Notes: generated from the sequence alone by a model not told the origin. 19,393 nt of DNA from Ginkgo biloba (GCA_024626585.2 JANKJI020000002.1:166514320-166533712), one strand, 5' to 3'; positions 1 through 12,251 are shown, counted from the stretch's first letter. Made by a program: numbers and translations.

Positions 1-46
1 ACAAGATGATATCTTATGGAAATTATTTTCCATGGGTATGTACTAG

Positions 47-196
47 TATATATGTATTTACATGCATACATACATATACATATACATATACATACATGCA
101 TATATATATATATACACATATATATATTTATATATATATGCATACACAAATACATATATGTATACATACATAAATACATATATATATAGACATACA

Positions 197-232
<36 letters not shown>

Positions 233-240
233 TATATATT
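47..240. repeat. Compound (TA)n/(TACA)n microsatellite
   Basis: Direct reading of tatatata/catacata runs. It explains the spurious Y/I/H/T-rich ORF 62..298. Confidence 0.95.
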
Positions 241-559
241 AATTATAGAACCTTGCTATCAATCTCTAATAAAAAACACAAATTTTGGGATTAAATAAGT
301 CATATTTGAAAATATGAAAGAAAGCAATCATAATAGATTACTTGCCACCTTGAGGGTGGAACCTCTTAAGTATAAAATTATGATAACAAAAATAAGCACG
401 CCTCTTATGATATTATAAGAAGATTATATATAATAATGATACCTTGCATGTATGACACATGTCCTCCATGTTTGAGGTTTATAAATATAGAAGACAGAGG
501 TAGGTGAGGATGAGAAAGAAGAATGAGATGCAAATAGGCTAAGGGTTGAGTTTCATAGG

Positions 560-2650
560 ATGCCCCTCATCTTTAAAAAATTATTGCCTAAAATCTCTAT
601 AAAATTTAGATATTGATGAAAGATATCTTCTCCTTCCCATATAGAATCTTCAAGTGGTATCTTCTTCCATTTGATGAGGTATTTTATGATAGCCCTATGA
701 CAAAGGTGTTTGCTATACTTTTCTAGTACTACCTCAGGTTCTAGCTAGAGTTTCCCTTCTTCATCTAACTCTGATAACTCTATTTGCATGATTACCTTCT
801 AAACCACTACCTTTTTTAGAATGGACACATGGAAGGTGTTGTGTATCTTTGAATAACTAGGTAGTTCCAAGGCATATGCCATTTCTCCCGCCCTTAGGAG
901 GATTTTGTAAGGCTAATAAAACATAGGAGCTAACTTATGTTTAGCCCACTTTGTTTGTTGATTCTTATTCATAGGGTTATAAAATTAAGTACACCCAATC
1001 ACATACTACAAATTAACTCTCACTTCTCTTATGATCAACTTATTTCTTCATTCTATTTTGAGCCATATGGAGGTTATCTTTTAGTATCTAGAGTACTTCT
1101 TGCATTCTCTGGACTTTATCTATAATTGTTTATACTTTTGTTTTATCTTATATATAGTTGTGGATTTTGAGGGGAGGGTATCCATAGAGTTACTTTAAGG
1201 GTGTTAGTTTAGTGGTTGTATGATAAGTGGTGTTGTACCACCACTTTTTCGGTATAGCCACTGAATCCATTTCCCTTATTTATTGGAAACATAAATCCTT
1301 AAGTAACCTTTCAAGCACTTATAACTCCACTCCCCCCTCTCTGAACTAAATGGATATTTCCTCTAAATTTATGATAAATTTCCCTAATGTCCTTAGCTAT
1401 TATGCTCTTATTATTACATTGACACCTCCCATGGGTATCACATACATTATGGTTATTGACATTATAATTTAGCATGGTTATTTTAATACTATCATATTTT
1501 CATCCATAGCTAATCATGTCACCATTAGAAATTGTGACCTAAAAATTATTCACTAGGTATGGGAAGCAATTCAATTATTATGCCAATTTCCTATTGCTGA
1601 AGTTGTGCATACTTCCTAAGTCAATCAAGATAATCACCCTTTTCTTATTGATATAACCTTCCACCTTGAGTGTCTAGGATGCGATAATGCCTACTAGGGC
1701 ATGCAATGATAGGGTGGGAAATTCTTCTTACTCATCACCATTCTCATTGGGAGGTAATTCCATTGTGTCCTCCTCTTCTTCCACACAATCCTCAATAGTG
1801 AAAAACTTTTTATTCGCACATTTGTGCCTCTAGACCATTTGTTGTTATATTTATAATATAGTCCATTGGCTCTTCTTTCATCCAACTCTTGGGTTATTAT
1901 TCTTTGAGGTGGTTGGAAGTCATTCCCTCTGGTTCCTTATTTAGAGTTTATGGGTTTCTTACTTTCCGTGAAGTTAGAGGGTCCACTATATATTCTTGAG
2001 ACTCAATTCTTTACTTCAATGTTGTTTCCATATGAATGGTTATGGATATGGATGAGGGTTTTAGGATCCTCAACTCATTTTTAATATATTTTCTTAGGCC
2101 CCCATTATATGGCTCTAATAGCTTATCCTCGCTATATCCTTTAACTCTAGTAGTAATTTTTTGGTGTTGAACCATATACTCTATGATAGAGCTTATCTAT
2201 CAAATTTTGGTCAGCTTGCTAAATTAGTATACTTTTGACATGTTATCATACTAGTTGATGAGGTCTTTGATAAAATTTTCCCACCTATACAATATTCCTA
2301 CCTACTTCTTTTCCATCCATTAGGACCATTATAAGGGATTATTCTCCATGCGAAGTGATGCCAAGGAAATATTCATATTTATGGCTACTTAGTGCTAGGT
2401 CTACATATATCTTATGCCAACTTTATGGACTTTCACCTTGGGGAAAAAACTCCCACATGTCCCTCTAGGCTCATGTACCTCTCTTGGGTTACTATTTGCC
2501 CATTTTCCTACTATTAACCCCTCTATTTTACTTAGTGTTTCTTCCATTATAACCATCTTAGCATCCATCTCCTCATGTATGGTGATTGTGGTATCATTTA
2601 CATCTTAGGACCAGTTTGGGTTTACTACTTTGTGAGCCATTCTGTGTGAC
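560..2650 (-). mobile_element. Decayed chromovirus-type Ty3/gypsy internal region (gag-protease-[RT/RNase H missing]-integrase C-half-chromodomain)
   Basis: Manual minus-strand translation gives: Gag zinc-knuckle remnant GLYYKYNNKWSRG (ORF 1694..1885); protease VIILIDLGSMHNF (~1605-1640) and MYVIPMGGVNVII (~1410-1448); integrase KCLKGYL (~1300-1320), WWYNTTYH (~1220-1243), TPLK*LYGY, KLAPMFY*PYKI (~901-936) and IHNTFHVSILKK (~812-846); chromodomain YLIKWKKIPLEDSIWE (634-681); and a purine tract aaagatgagggg (~563-575). Many stop codons. Confidence 0.92.
620..760 (-). pseudogene. Integrase C-terminal chromodomain remnant
   Basis: YLIKWKKIPLEDSIWE at 634-681 matches the chromovirus YLVKWxxxPxEDATWE consensus and lies downstream of the GPY/F module. 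Confidence 0.88.
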
Positions 2651-2685
2651 CTTTCAGATCTTAGGATGTGTTGAATGAATGGATC

Positions 2686-3076
2686 TATTATGAAAATGAA
2701 AATATAACAAGATGGTGCTAATTGATTAGATAATTTAAAAAAAAAATAACTCTATACAATGGCGACAATTGATGAAGTTTGAGGATGCTAAGCTTGATGG
2801 AACTTCAATTATAACTACCATTATCCTTAGAGGTGATTCTATTTCTATATATTGATGAAACACTACATAATACTTGCATAAAAAATATGGGTTGACTCGA
2901 TCAATCTAAGAGAGGACTAATCTACTATTGTATAACTATTCTCCTTTCTATTGTATAAATTCTTTCTCTCTAACTAATAGAATGGACAACATTATTTATA
3001 CACTAAAAGGATACTAAATTCTTACTAGGAACTCTAATCCATGAAAAATTTGGGTGGATGGTACCCCACGTTAACA
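2686..3076 (-). mobile_element. Possible LTR-derived segment (minus strand)
   Basis: The minus strand begins tgttaac at 3076 and ends ...cataata at 2686 (decayed ...aca), with a TATA-like tataaata at ~2993-3000. No PBS, TSD or second copy was seen. Confidence 0.3.
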
Positions 3077-3079
3077 TAG

Positions 3080-6000
3080 AGTTCCTGGGTTATCTCTGTA
3101 TAATTTTTTTCTTGTAATTATCATTTATTTTATGTTCAAGTAATTATTAGATTTTATATCTTTTTTAGAAATTTCTTATTTATTTAGATAGTTGTAATTC
3201 TATTTATGTTTGAATTCCTATAAGGATGAATCCTCTATGCACTTGAGGTGATTGGGTTTGGATTTTATTTCTTATTATTTCTCTAAGTTTGTGAACTTCT
3301 AGATTAATAATTTATGAGCCATGAATATAACTGATCATTTTGGCACCATTGCCAAGGAATGAAAAAATATCGATTATTGTGACCAAGTTCCTTTTAATAA
3401 AAGAACTATTCCATATTTTAGTATTAGTAGTTCTCTTCTTGAAAAATATTAGGTTTATGAGCCAACCATAGATTCTACATCTCTAACAAAAAGATAAGCT
3501 AAGTTGTTTTCTTGCAAGGACTCGCAATTTTAATTCGCATAACTCATGCAAGGTAATTATAATTTAATTTATTTTAGAGAAGGAAGTTTTCTTGTACAGT
3601 AGGTGTAATTAAATTTTAAAAACTTAATTTTATTAATAGGTTGATACAAATATATCTAATTTTCATTTGTATAGTAGGTGCAATTGATCAAAATAGATAA
3701 AGAGAATACTATGAAATTTTCACTTGCATAATAGGTATAGGTGACCTTGAAGACTCACCTATAATAAATTTGTAAGTGATAATACCTTGATTAATTAATA
3801 GATATATCAAACATAGGATAGGACCTATTTTGCATGATCATGGGTGTATAATTGAATGCCCAAATAGTCAAGAAGGCTCATGGTGTGAGAGGAATGTTCA
3901 TTATTGACATAGATATTTAATTAATTCATACAATGGTAGAAAATAACTTTACTCTATGGAAAATAATAGCGAAGAAGATGTAGAGAATAATGGACCCTAT
4001 ACAATCGTATTCTTGATCAAAATTATAGAGGATGATCAAAACAATTCTTATAAATAACATACCTCCAACAACACTTCCATAATTCTATAGTAAAAATCCA
4101 TGAGGATCCTAACTTATTCTTATTCAATTTTGATATGTTATGCCAAAGCTATGAATATCTTAAGGACACCCATAAATTAAATTTATTTCCACCTACATTA
4201 AAATGGGCTTTCTTAAGGTGGTTTATGAGTTTATAAGTTTGTTCTATTGGTACTTGAGATGAAATGAATATAATATTTTTGAAGAAGTACCAAGGGTAAT
4301 ACCAAGATAAGAAATTTAAAGAAGAACTAATAAAGTTGAGACAAGAGTAGGATGAGTCTCTTGAAGATTACATTGAGAGATTAGATTACCTTACTAAGAT
4401 ATAGGAGATGCCTAGGATATGGACATGGTGAATCCACCTGGAAGATGGTGATTCTTGCTAGATTACAATATGAGACCAAAATATGGCTAGAGTTATAGGC
4501 AAGGGTGGTTTTTTTTTCAATGCCTTTGAAGAAACTAAAGGAGGTATGCATTCAATATTCAATGGAATCAAAGAAATGGGAAAGGTGGCCTTTAATTGTT
4601 TCCTTGGTGACATAAAATTGAATGCGAGCAATAGAATCATCTGAGCTACTTAATAAGTATAAATTTATCAACCTATTAGGGGATTTAAAATAGGAAATTT
4701 TATCCCCAGTTGTTGAGAAAATCACCAATTTAGAGTTCAAATTATTTTGTAAAGAGGTCAAATATAGTTCAATCTTTGTGGTCTTTTGTCTAAGGTGCAG
4801 GAAGAAACACCTTAAGAACTAATGTGATTTTAAAATTTCCATAATTAAATAAGATGAAGATAAAGAATTTTTTCATAGGCTATGAGAAATAACTAATGAA
4901 GACAAGAATGCCTTTATATAATTGTGCTTAGTACAAATTCAAATATATGGAAGGGGATATAATTAATAGTTTAACGGGATATAAGGGATATATGATCCAT
5001 ACCAATTGACATATATTTATCCATCTAGTATATATTGATATACTAGACCTACAATTGATCATTTTTAATGTGATAGGAGTTATAAGCTAGGAACTATGTA
5101 ATATCCTCCTCCATACCCACCATGAAATTATCCCTCTTGTCTAGTTTCATACCCTCCTATGGTTCATCCCTATTATGGTGCTCCCATGGGGTATCGTAAT
5201 TACTATCATCCTCCCTCTCCATATGTGTTGAATCAATTTTATTAGTATAGACATATTCAACCACTATAAAATCCACCACCATAGCCTAATCCCCAATTTA
5301 TATTACCTACCCAAGTTTATCTTAACCTAGAAACTAATAAGAAATAATATCATGCCTATTCCATTGATTTAAATGGACAACCTTAATGGTATATACAGTG
5401 ATATAGTGAATAATAACCTTTCTCTAAGACATGATAATGTGAAAATATTTCTCTAAGATCAAGTAGAGTGGTGATAGGACTAGTACATCATGGAGATAAA
5501 AAAATAAGAAAAAGTAATTATATAGGAGATATAATAACCAATATTTATCCCTCTATTTGAAGATAAAAATTTTATTCCCTATGCTCACACATTGGAAATA
5601 TAAGAATCTAAAAAGGAGGAGGAAAAGTTTAACTTTGGTAATGACTTAAATAATGTATTTGCCAAGATTTTATTAGATAAGGTAGTCAAGGATACATTGA
5701 TTATGATAAGTAGGTGATGAACATATACTCTAAAACAAATAGGAAGAGGGACCTAGTGATGATAATTATAGTCAATTCCAATTCAAATGTATTTCTTGGG
5801 AAGGAGTAAGTGTTAAAGTATGGATACCTGTACACCCTTCTAGTTGGCATTTACATTGGGTAAACTTAAATTCTCAAATTTTTGGTGGAACTAATCATGG
5901 ATATTAATGTAATAACATAGAATACCATGAATATCATGTATTTATATGGATTAAGGCCCACTCATACTATTATCCATATGGAAGAACATTCTATGACTAA

Positions 6001-6897
6001 ACTAGATGAAATTATGGATAATGTGATGCTCTCCATTACTAATTAGGAGTATCTAAAAGACTTCATAATATTGTAGCCTAAGAAAGATCTTGAAGTATAT
6101 ATAATTATTCTTGGGATACTATGGTTAGTTATTATGGATGCAGTCATTACTTTTAGATTTGGTAAAATGGATATTACTCATGGAACTAAATAGAAATATC
6201 TTACACTATTTAAACCTACTAAATCTCTTATGTTATCAAACGCAAAAGAAAAATTAATCGAATAAGAATATGATGAGGTGAAAGACATAAATAGGTACAA
6301 ATTTCTCACCTCTAATTATAATGAGGATGAAGAAGAGTAGCTTTATTAGGATATGGCCTTAGAGGTGTTAGAGTAATTAGGGGAGAATGATAAGGATTCA
6401 TGGATCTGTAGATAATTATGGTTAGTAGATGATAGGGATAAAGATATTAATTACCTATTCAAAGGGAGTAAATTTTAGAAAGATCTAGATAGGGAAGATA
6501 AATTGAAATAGGTGGAGGACATTGAAATTGAGGAATGAAGATCATTATTCATTGGCAACTCTTATACAAATAAATTGAAAGGAAAAAATATAGAATTTTT
6601 ATGAAGAAAACAATATATATTCACATTGACACATAGATACTTGAAAAGTATAGTACCCAATGTATTCCAACACTATATTATCACCAACGATGATGCTGAA
6701 TGAGTGAGAAAACCATAACGTTGATTAAATCTTAACATGATGTATATTGTCAAGGAGGATTTGGAGAAAATCCTTATATTCAACATGATCTCTCTAATTT
6801 TAGATAGGTAGTAGGTATCACCATTAGTGGTAGTACCAAATAAGGGAGGTAAATGGTAGGTGTGTGTTTATTATAGATAATGAAACATTGCACTATC
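3080..6897 (+). mobile_element. Decayed non-chromovirus Ty3/gypsy (Athila/Tat-like): LTR end, PBS, gag, protease, N-terminal RT
   Basis: LTR end ...gatca (3337) and PBS tggcaccattgccaagga (3341-3358). Gag DPNLFLFNFDMLCQSYEY...KLNLFPPTLK...LRWFMSL (~4105-4233), ESLEDYIER, and Cys/His knuckle FCLRCRKKHLKN*C (~4784-4826). Pro-rich linker (~5100-5320). Protease IILGILWL (~6103-6126). RT SPLVVVPNKGGKW*VCVYYR (~6818-6877). The left boundary is uncertain. Confidence 0.88.
3341..3358 (+). promoter_or_regulatory. Primer-binding site, Athila-type (decayed tggcgccgttgccgggga)
   Basis: Differs from the consensus only by G>A changes and sits 3 nt after a CA LTR end. Confidence 0.75.
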
Positions 6898-7771
6898 CAC
6901 ATGGCTAAAAGAATGGCATCCTATAAATTAATATCAATCAATCCCAACCCCCACTCTACTTATCCAATGTGTAGTAATTTTAGGTTACCATAGAGAATAT
7001 TCTATCTCCACTAAATTTGGACTATAGATAATCTTTCAAAAACTTTTCCAATGTGGAAAACTGAGTTCTAGTAGGAAACTAGAAAGACGCATAGTACACA
7101 TGACTAGATTAAATAATTCTACCCATAATAGTTAATTTCTCAACTAGGGGAAGGTCCTTATAAAACTAACTTTGCACCTTTTTTTGTAGCTTCTAGAGAC
7201 ACCAATCCCACATCTCTTAGATAGAGATATTAAATCCAAAGGGAATACCCAAATACCTTACTATTTTACAATCCCTAACCCTTCTCCAAGGATAGTTCAA
7301 CTAAGCAAGATAATATTCCACACTAATGAGAAAAAAATTAGACTTTTGATCACTCACAAAAAATCCTACCATTGTATAAAATATGTCTAAGAATTCAAAT
7401 TCCCCCATAATAGACCCTAAAGATAAATGGATAGAAAGAAGAGAGATATTTTCAAAATGGTTATTCAAGATCTCTCCTCCCCCTATAATGGAAATCACTT
7501 TGATATGACCCTAAGAACTTGAAGCTTCCAAAAAATAACCCAACACATTGGAAAAAATCATATACAAATAATGTGTTAATATACAACCCTATCTAATTAA
7601 ATTATGAAGAATAATTCTATCATATAATACTTTATTCACTATGACAAAGGAAAAGCATTTGAAAAAAAATCTGAACCATAGAAATAAATTTGAACCCAAA
7701 CCCTAACCAAGAAAGAATCTTAGTTATGAAATACTAATACACTCTATCATAAGCCTTATCAAAATTAATAT
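6898..7771 (-). mobile_element. Decayed L1-clade LINE ORF2 reverse-transcriptase fragment
   Basis: Minus translation gives, in canonical L1 order: INFDKAYDRV (~7740-7769; consensus DFEKAYDRV), IR*GCIL (RQGCPL), NNHFENISLL (decayed FADD), YLGIPFG (~7236-7256), S*FYKDLPLVEKL...HVYYAS, and GLGLIDI...LLAMW (~6898-6955). Confidence 0.9.
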
Positions 7772-7871
7772 NNNNNNNNNNNNNNNNNNNNNNNNNNNNN
7801 NNNNNNNNNNNNNNNNNNNNNNNNNNNNNNNNNNNNNNNNNNNNNNNNNNNNNNNNNNNNNNNNNNNNNNN
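7772..7871. other. Assembly gap (exactly 100 N)
   Basis: Run of 100 N, a placeholder of unknown true size. Confidence 0.99.
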
Positions 7872-9276
7872 GACATACATGGTCATGGATAAATTATATT
7901 ATCCCATACTTAATTTAATGTTATGACATTTCCCTCCATAATATATGTGCCCCCCCATTGGAAATCATTGCATGGAAAGTTTTTACTAGGAAAAAAAAAA
8001 AAATTAATTATTCAGCCAATATCTTATCAATTAAGCTATGTGTTTTTCTAAATTCAATCAACACCATGAACTTTTATTTTTGTATATATCCCTCTATTTT
8101 AAGAGTCTCAGGTGTGGTAATCCCATCCATTGCATGCATAGAAATTATGGTCAGTTATTCTTCTTGTTCCATTGGATAATTCCCTTAGGATTCATTATCA
8201 TTGGTTGCTTCCCCTTCTTCTTCATAGTTATCCTCTATAATAAATAGTTCCTTTTTAGAGAATGTATGACCCTTAGACCATTTATTATTACACTTGAAGA
8301 AAATTCCTTTAGCCTTTTTCTCTTCTAATTCTTGAGTTATGATTCTCCATGATTAGAGGGGTAGTGAGTCCCATGAATTTCCTCCTTCCATTATGATTGT
8401 AGTTATTATGGTACTTCTAGTGGATCTAATTCTTACCTCAATTTTCTTGGCCATTATGATAACAATGGATATATATTTAGGGTTTAAGAGCTAAAGCTCA
8501 TGTCAAATTTCTTCCTTTAATCCTATAATGTACAAATATAGAAATTTATCCTCACTTATCTCATCTACTCTAGTGTCCATATTCTGGTGTTGCAATTTTT
8601 ACTCTATTACAAATTCTATTTTCCTTGCCTTTAGTAGCTAATTAAAATTTTCTACTTCCCAAATATGATCATATTAGGTTGTGACCTCCTATAAAAAATT
8701 ATCCCATTTATATATCAATCCTACCCACCTTTTATTCATACACTCATACAATTAAAATGGTTTAGTTTTCATATCTAAGGAATCTAATGCAATCATGGTT
8801 TTTACCGGTACCTAATGGATATTAAACTACTAGTCCATTTGTATGATCTAGGTCCTTATGTCAATTCCATCAAATTTTTGTATTTCTAACTTGGAAGGCA
8901 GTTTCTTTTAATCCCCTTCAATTCTTAAGTCTCCTCATGACTATTTTCCTCCTTAGTTTATTCTATTTTTTGTATTATTATACTCTCCATCCTCCTTATG
9001 TACTTATTTAAGGATTATTCTACCCTTACCAATATTATATCCATCCCATCTCTTATTGTATTGACAAAATCATTTGGCTCCTTAGACTAGTGTGGATTGA
9101 TATTTAGTGCCAACTCGTTAATGAAATTGGATCTCAAATATATTTTAAAAGAATTTGGAAGTGTAAAGAAGAATATGACACACATTTAGTGCTATCAAGA
9201 GTGATATAGGATGTACAGGAAGAATTCTATAGTGTTGAGACTAGATCATCTCACTTGCCATAAATGGCTTCGCAAT
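7872..9276 (-). mobile_element. Decayed Ty3/gypsy gag-protease plus 5' leader, copy A (direct repeat of 17698-19103)
   Basis: Knuckle AKGIFFKCNNKWSKGH (~8265-8312) and protease MVLIEFRKTH (~8038-8067). Colinear with 17698-19103 at an offset of ~9826, roughly 90% identical by eye. Confidence 0.9.
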
Positions 9277-9634
9277 GCTACATCTATAATAGGGATTTTA
9301 AATTTAACAGATGACTTATAGATAATATGTTCATTATTTATCCTATTCTTGATCTGATTCTAATGTACTATAATAATGTAATAATATTTCCTGTTAATAT
9401 AGTAATTTGGAAGTGTAAATAATAATATGACACACATTTAGTGCTATCAAGAGTGAGATAGGATGAATAGGAAGAATTCTATAGTGCTGAGACTAGATTG
9501 TCTCACTTGCCATAAATGGCTTGGCAATGCTATGTCTATAATAGGGATTTTAAATTTACCAAATGACTTATAGATAATATGTTAATTATTTATCCTATTC
9601 TTGATCTGATTCTAATGCACTATAATAATGTAAT
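9152..9634. repeat. Two-copy tandem duplication, period 252 bp
   Basis: aatttggaagtgtaaa...acacacatttagtgctatcaagagtga...tataataatgtaat occurs at 9152-9382 and 9404-9634. Confidence 0.93.
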
Positions 9635-9639
9635 CCTCT

Positions 9640-10323
9640 TGCATCCTCTTATTATGGAAGCCTTCAAATAGACCTAGTCACCTAGTTCAAATTCCTATTC
9701 ACTTCTTTTCTTGTCTACTTATTACTTCATCCTATTTTTTGACATATGTAATTTTATATGAGTAACCCCATCAACTCTAAGGTCATTTAGATGTTATTAT
9801 ATATTTCTTATAACCTCAAATTTTCTAATTTCTTAGAACCTCAAATTGTCTGGAACTAAACCACTAATGCTCGATGGCTTATACTCATATAATGCCTAAA
9901 AGGGATACATCTTTATAACTATATGATAGGTAGTAATATACAATAATTATGCTAAAGAAATCAACCTATACCACTATTATTATTTGTTTATAACATAGTT
10001 TTGATTGTATCCTTCTAAAAATTTGTTGACTACTTCAGTCTGCCCATAAGTTTATGGGTGATAAGCCATGCTCATAGCTAGTTTTGCACCCAATATCTCA
10101 AAAAAATATATCCAAAAATTACTTATAAACTTGGGGTCTTGTTCACTTATTATCATCTTTAGAATACCATGTATCTTATGTATTTATTTAATGAATACCT
10201 ATATAGTTTGACTCGCCTTATAGTTTGACTGGACTCCATATAAGGCTGCATATTTGATCAACCTATCGACTAAGACTAGTGTGGAATCATTACCTTCATA
10301 TTTAGGGAGGCTAGTAATAAATT
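9640..10323 (-). pseudogene. Ty3/gypsy integrase core fragment
   Basis: FITSLPKYEGNDSTLVLVDRLIKYA (~10245-10320), KIHGILKMIISEQDPKFISNFW, MSMAYHP*TYGQTEVVN (~10025-10075), LLYITTYH and EFELGD*VYLK (~9663-9695). Truncated at ~9640 before the GPY/F motif. Confidence 0.92.
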
Positions 10324-10423
10324 NNNNNNNNNNNNNNNNNNNNNNNNNNNNNNNNNNNNNNNNNNNNNNNNNNNNNNNNNNNNNNNNNNNNNNNNNNNNN
10401 NNNNNNNNNNNNNNNNNNNNNNN
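10324..10423. other. Assembly gap (exactly 100 N)
   Basis: Run of 100 N. Confidence 0.99.
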
Positions 10424-12218
10424 CTTCTTGGTTTATTTAATTTAACACCCATTATACGACTATGCAATTGAAATTGAACGTATGAATAATTGTAGCTACT
10501 GACATGATCGTTCGAATGGGTATGCAATTATTTGTGGAGCACACTAATGATACATAGTGATTTCAAACATTTTGCACTTTGCAATTGATCATGACTTCTA
10601 TCAGTTTCTAATTTGATGCATTTTTCTAGTGGAATGACCTGTTCAAACCCATTTCTTGTTATTACAGAATGAAATGATGAAAGATTCCCAACACTCAGGC
10701 CTATGTTATGAATATTTTGAAGGGTATACATATTTGAGTTATGTGCATTATCCAATACGACATGTTTGTTGCCAACTAAATTTTTTCTTATTTTTATCTT
10801 TCTAATTCCATCTTCTTTTTTAATAGTGAGTCACTTGCTATAAACAACTGGTGTATTTTTTTATGACTTATCCATTTTTGAGTTGGCCCATGTCAACCAA
10901 TCTTCGTTGTGAGTCACCCTTTCTCTCGTAAAATTATCTTTGGCCTTCAAATATGCATTCCATCTATTTTAGTTTGGTTTATCTATCAATAGACCATAAG
11001 AATCATTTAGATAATGATGTGGCATATTGGGTAAATATATCATGAAAGCATTTAGAGTCTTGGTAATGGAAAATTCCATGTGGCTATTCATAGTGTTAGT
11101 AGATTTGTCCATGTATTTCTTCCTATGTTTTTCTTATTTCATATGTCTAATAAGTGATAATTCAATATAAGGGATATAAGAAATCTCCCATGGTGAGTAG
11201 GTTCAGGTGTATTTTTAAGTATGATTTCAAGTATATCTCTATTGTATTCCATATAAATTATGGGTCCATTTAAAATATCTTAGTCATGTAGCATCCTTTC
11301 ACATCGTTCAACAAATAGAAATTCTATTTTGAGAGAGAGGTCTCTATGGATACAAATGGTAGGTTTTATGTATCTCTCCCTAACCACATAGAATGCCAAC
11401 AAATATTATATCATAGTAGATGGGAAGCATGTGCCCACCCTATTATTTATTCGTATGGGTTGATGGTTCCCTACTTTGATTTTAGTGGTTTCATTATTGT
11501 TCTTAGAATCATTGTTCATATTCTAGTTTTCTATTTTATCATATTTTTTATCATTATTGAGTAGCATAGTTTTAACATAATTTATTGATGGTGTATATTG
11601 TGTCTTAAGTAGAATCGTATAATATGGCCTATCTAAAAGGTGATCTAATGCCTCTCCATGTGTTAAAGTCATATATGTTTTCGCATTAGTCTTGACACCC
11701 ATATTTATTATGTTTAAGGGACCCTAGTTTAATTGACATATCAACTCTTATTTTTTGCAACTTGTGCTTGCGTTAACTATGTTTTCCTCTTATTTTTTCC
11801 TATCTTCAAATAACCAGTGATTATCTTCTGTTTCTTCCATTTGTGATTTTTTTTTATGAAGATCCTCTTTTCCTTCCTCATTTTTATATTCTCCTTCAAG
11901 TCAATAGTCATCAATTATTCTAAACTTATTATCATTTCCAATCTCATAGAAACAACCATAACATATATTGTAGTCCTCTTTCATTATAGACTTGTAATGA
12001 GGACCAATGATAGGGTTCATTCTACAACCATCACACTGTATATATTTATGAGTTTGATAAACTCTTTTTAACTCATTTTCATTGTCAATCTTATTAAAAC
12101 AACCATAACATAGGTCATAGCCCTCTGTCACTATATACTTGTATCAAGGGCCAATGATAGGGTTCATCCCATAATTATCCTATTGTATATATTCATGAAC
12201 TTACTCATAGGGATTCAT
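10424..12218 (-). pseudogene. Decayed ~600-codon ORF inside an LTR element: N-terminal tandem ZZ zinc fingers followed by an unrecognised region
   Basis: ATG at 12218. The frame can be followed by hand to the gap with ~15 stops and one frameshift near 11100-11200. It joins track ORFs 11901..12131, 10528..10755 and 10276..10527. About 45 stops would be expected by chance at this AT content (rough hand estimate). Confidence 0.7.
11905..12200 (-). other. Two tandem ZZ-type zinc-finger domains of the plant NBR1 type
   Basis: Copy 1: HEYIQ*DNYGMNPIIGP*YKYIVTEGYDLCYGCFNKIDNENELKRV. Copy 2: HKYIQCDGCRMNPIIGPHYKSIMKEDYNICYGCFYEIGNDNKFRIID. Both match the recalled NBR1 ZZ pattern H..I.CDGCG..PI.GPRFKS..KEDYDLC..C...MGNE..Y...D. 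A DNA-level repeat (ccaatgatagggttcat) is at ~12004 and ~12151, period 147 nt. Confidence 0.88.
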
Positions 12219-12251
12219 CCTACTGAAACTCTATTTGGGATCACAATCTAT

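Noticed and set aside
62-298. 78-aa ORF
   Set aside because: It is a translation of a TA/TACA microsatellite.
240-3076. Matching LTR pair flanking the first chromovirus
   Set aside because: No alignable similarity was seen between 240-560 and 2686-3076, and no PBS or TSD was found.
937-11564. Antisense short ORFs (937..1125, 2414..2608, 4458..4640, 4552..4761, 7958..8179, 8038..8247, 11346..11564)
   Set aside because: They are shadow ORFs opposite decayed gag/pol or the ZZ-ORF frame.
11901-12218. Functional host NBR1 gene or exon
   Set aside because: It has in-frame stops, a duplicated ZZ, no recognisable PB1/FW/UBA sequence, and sits directly behind an LTR and PBS. No gene symbol was assigned.
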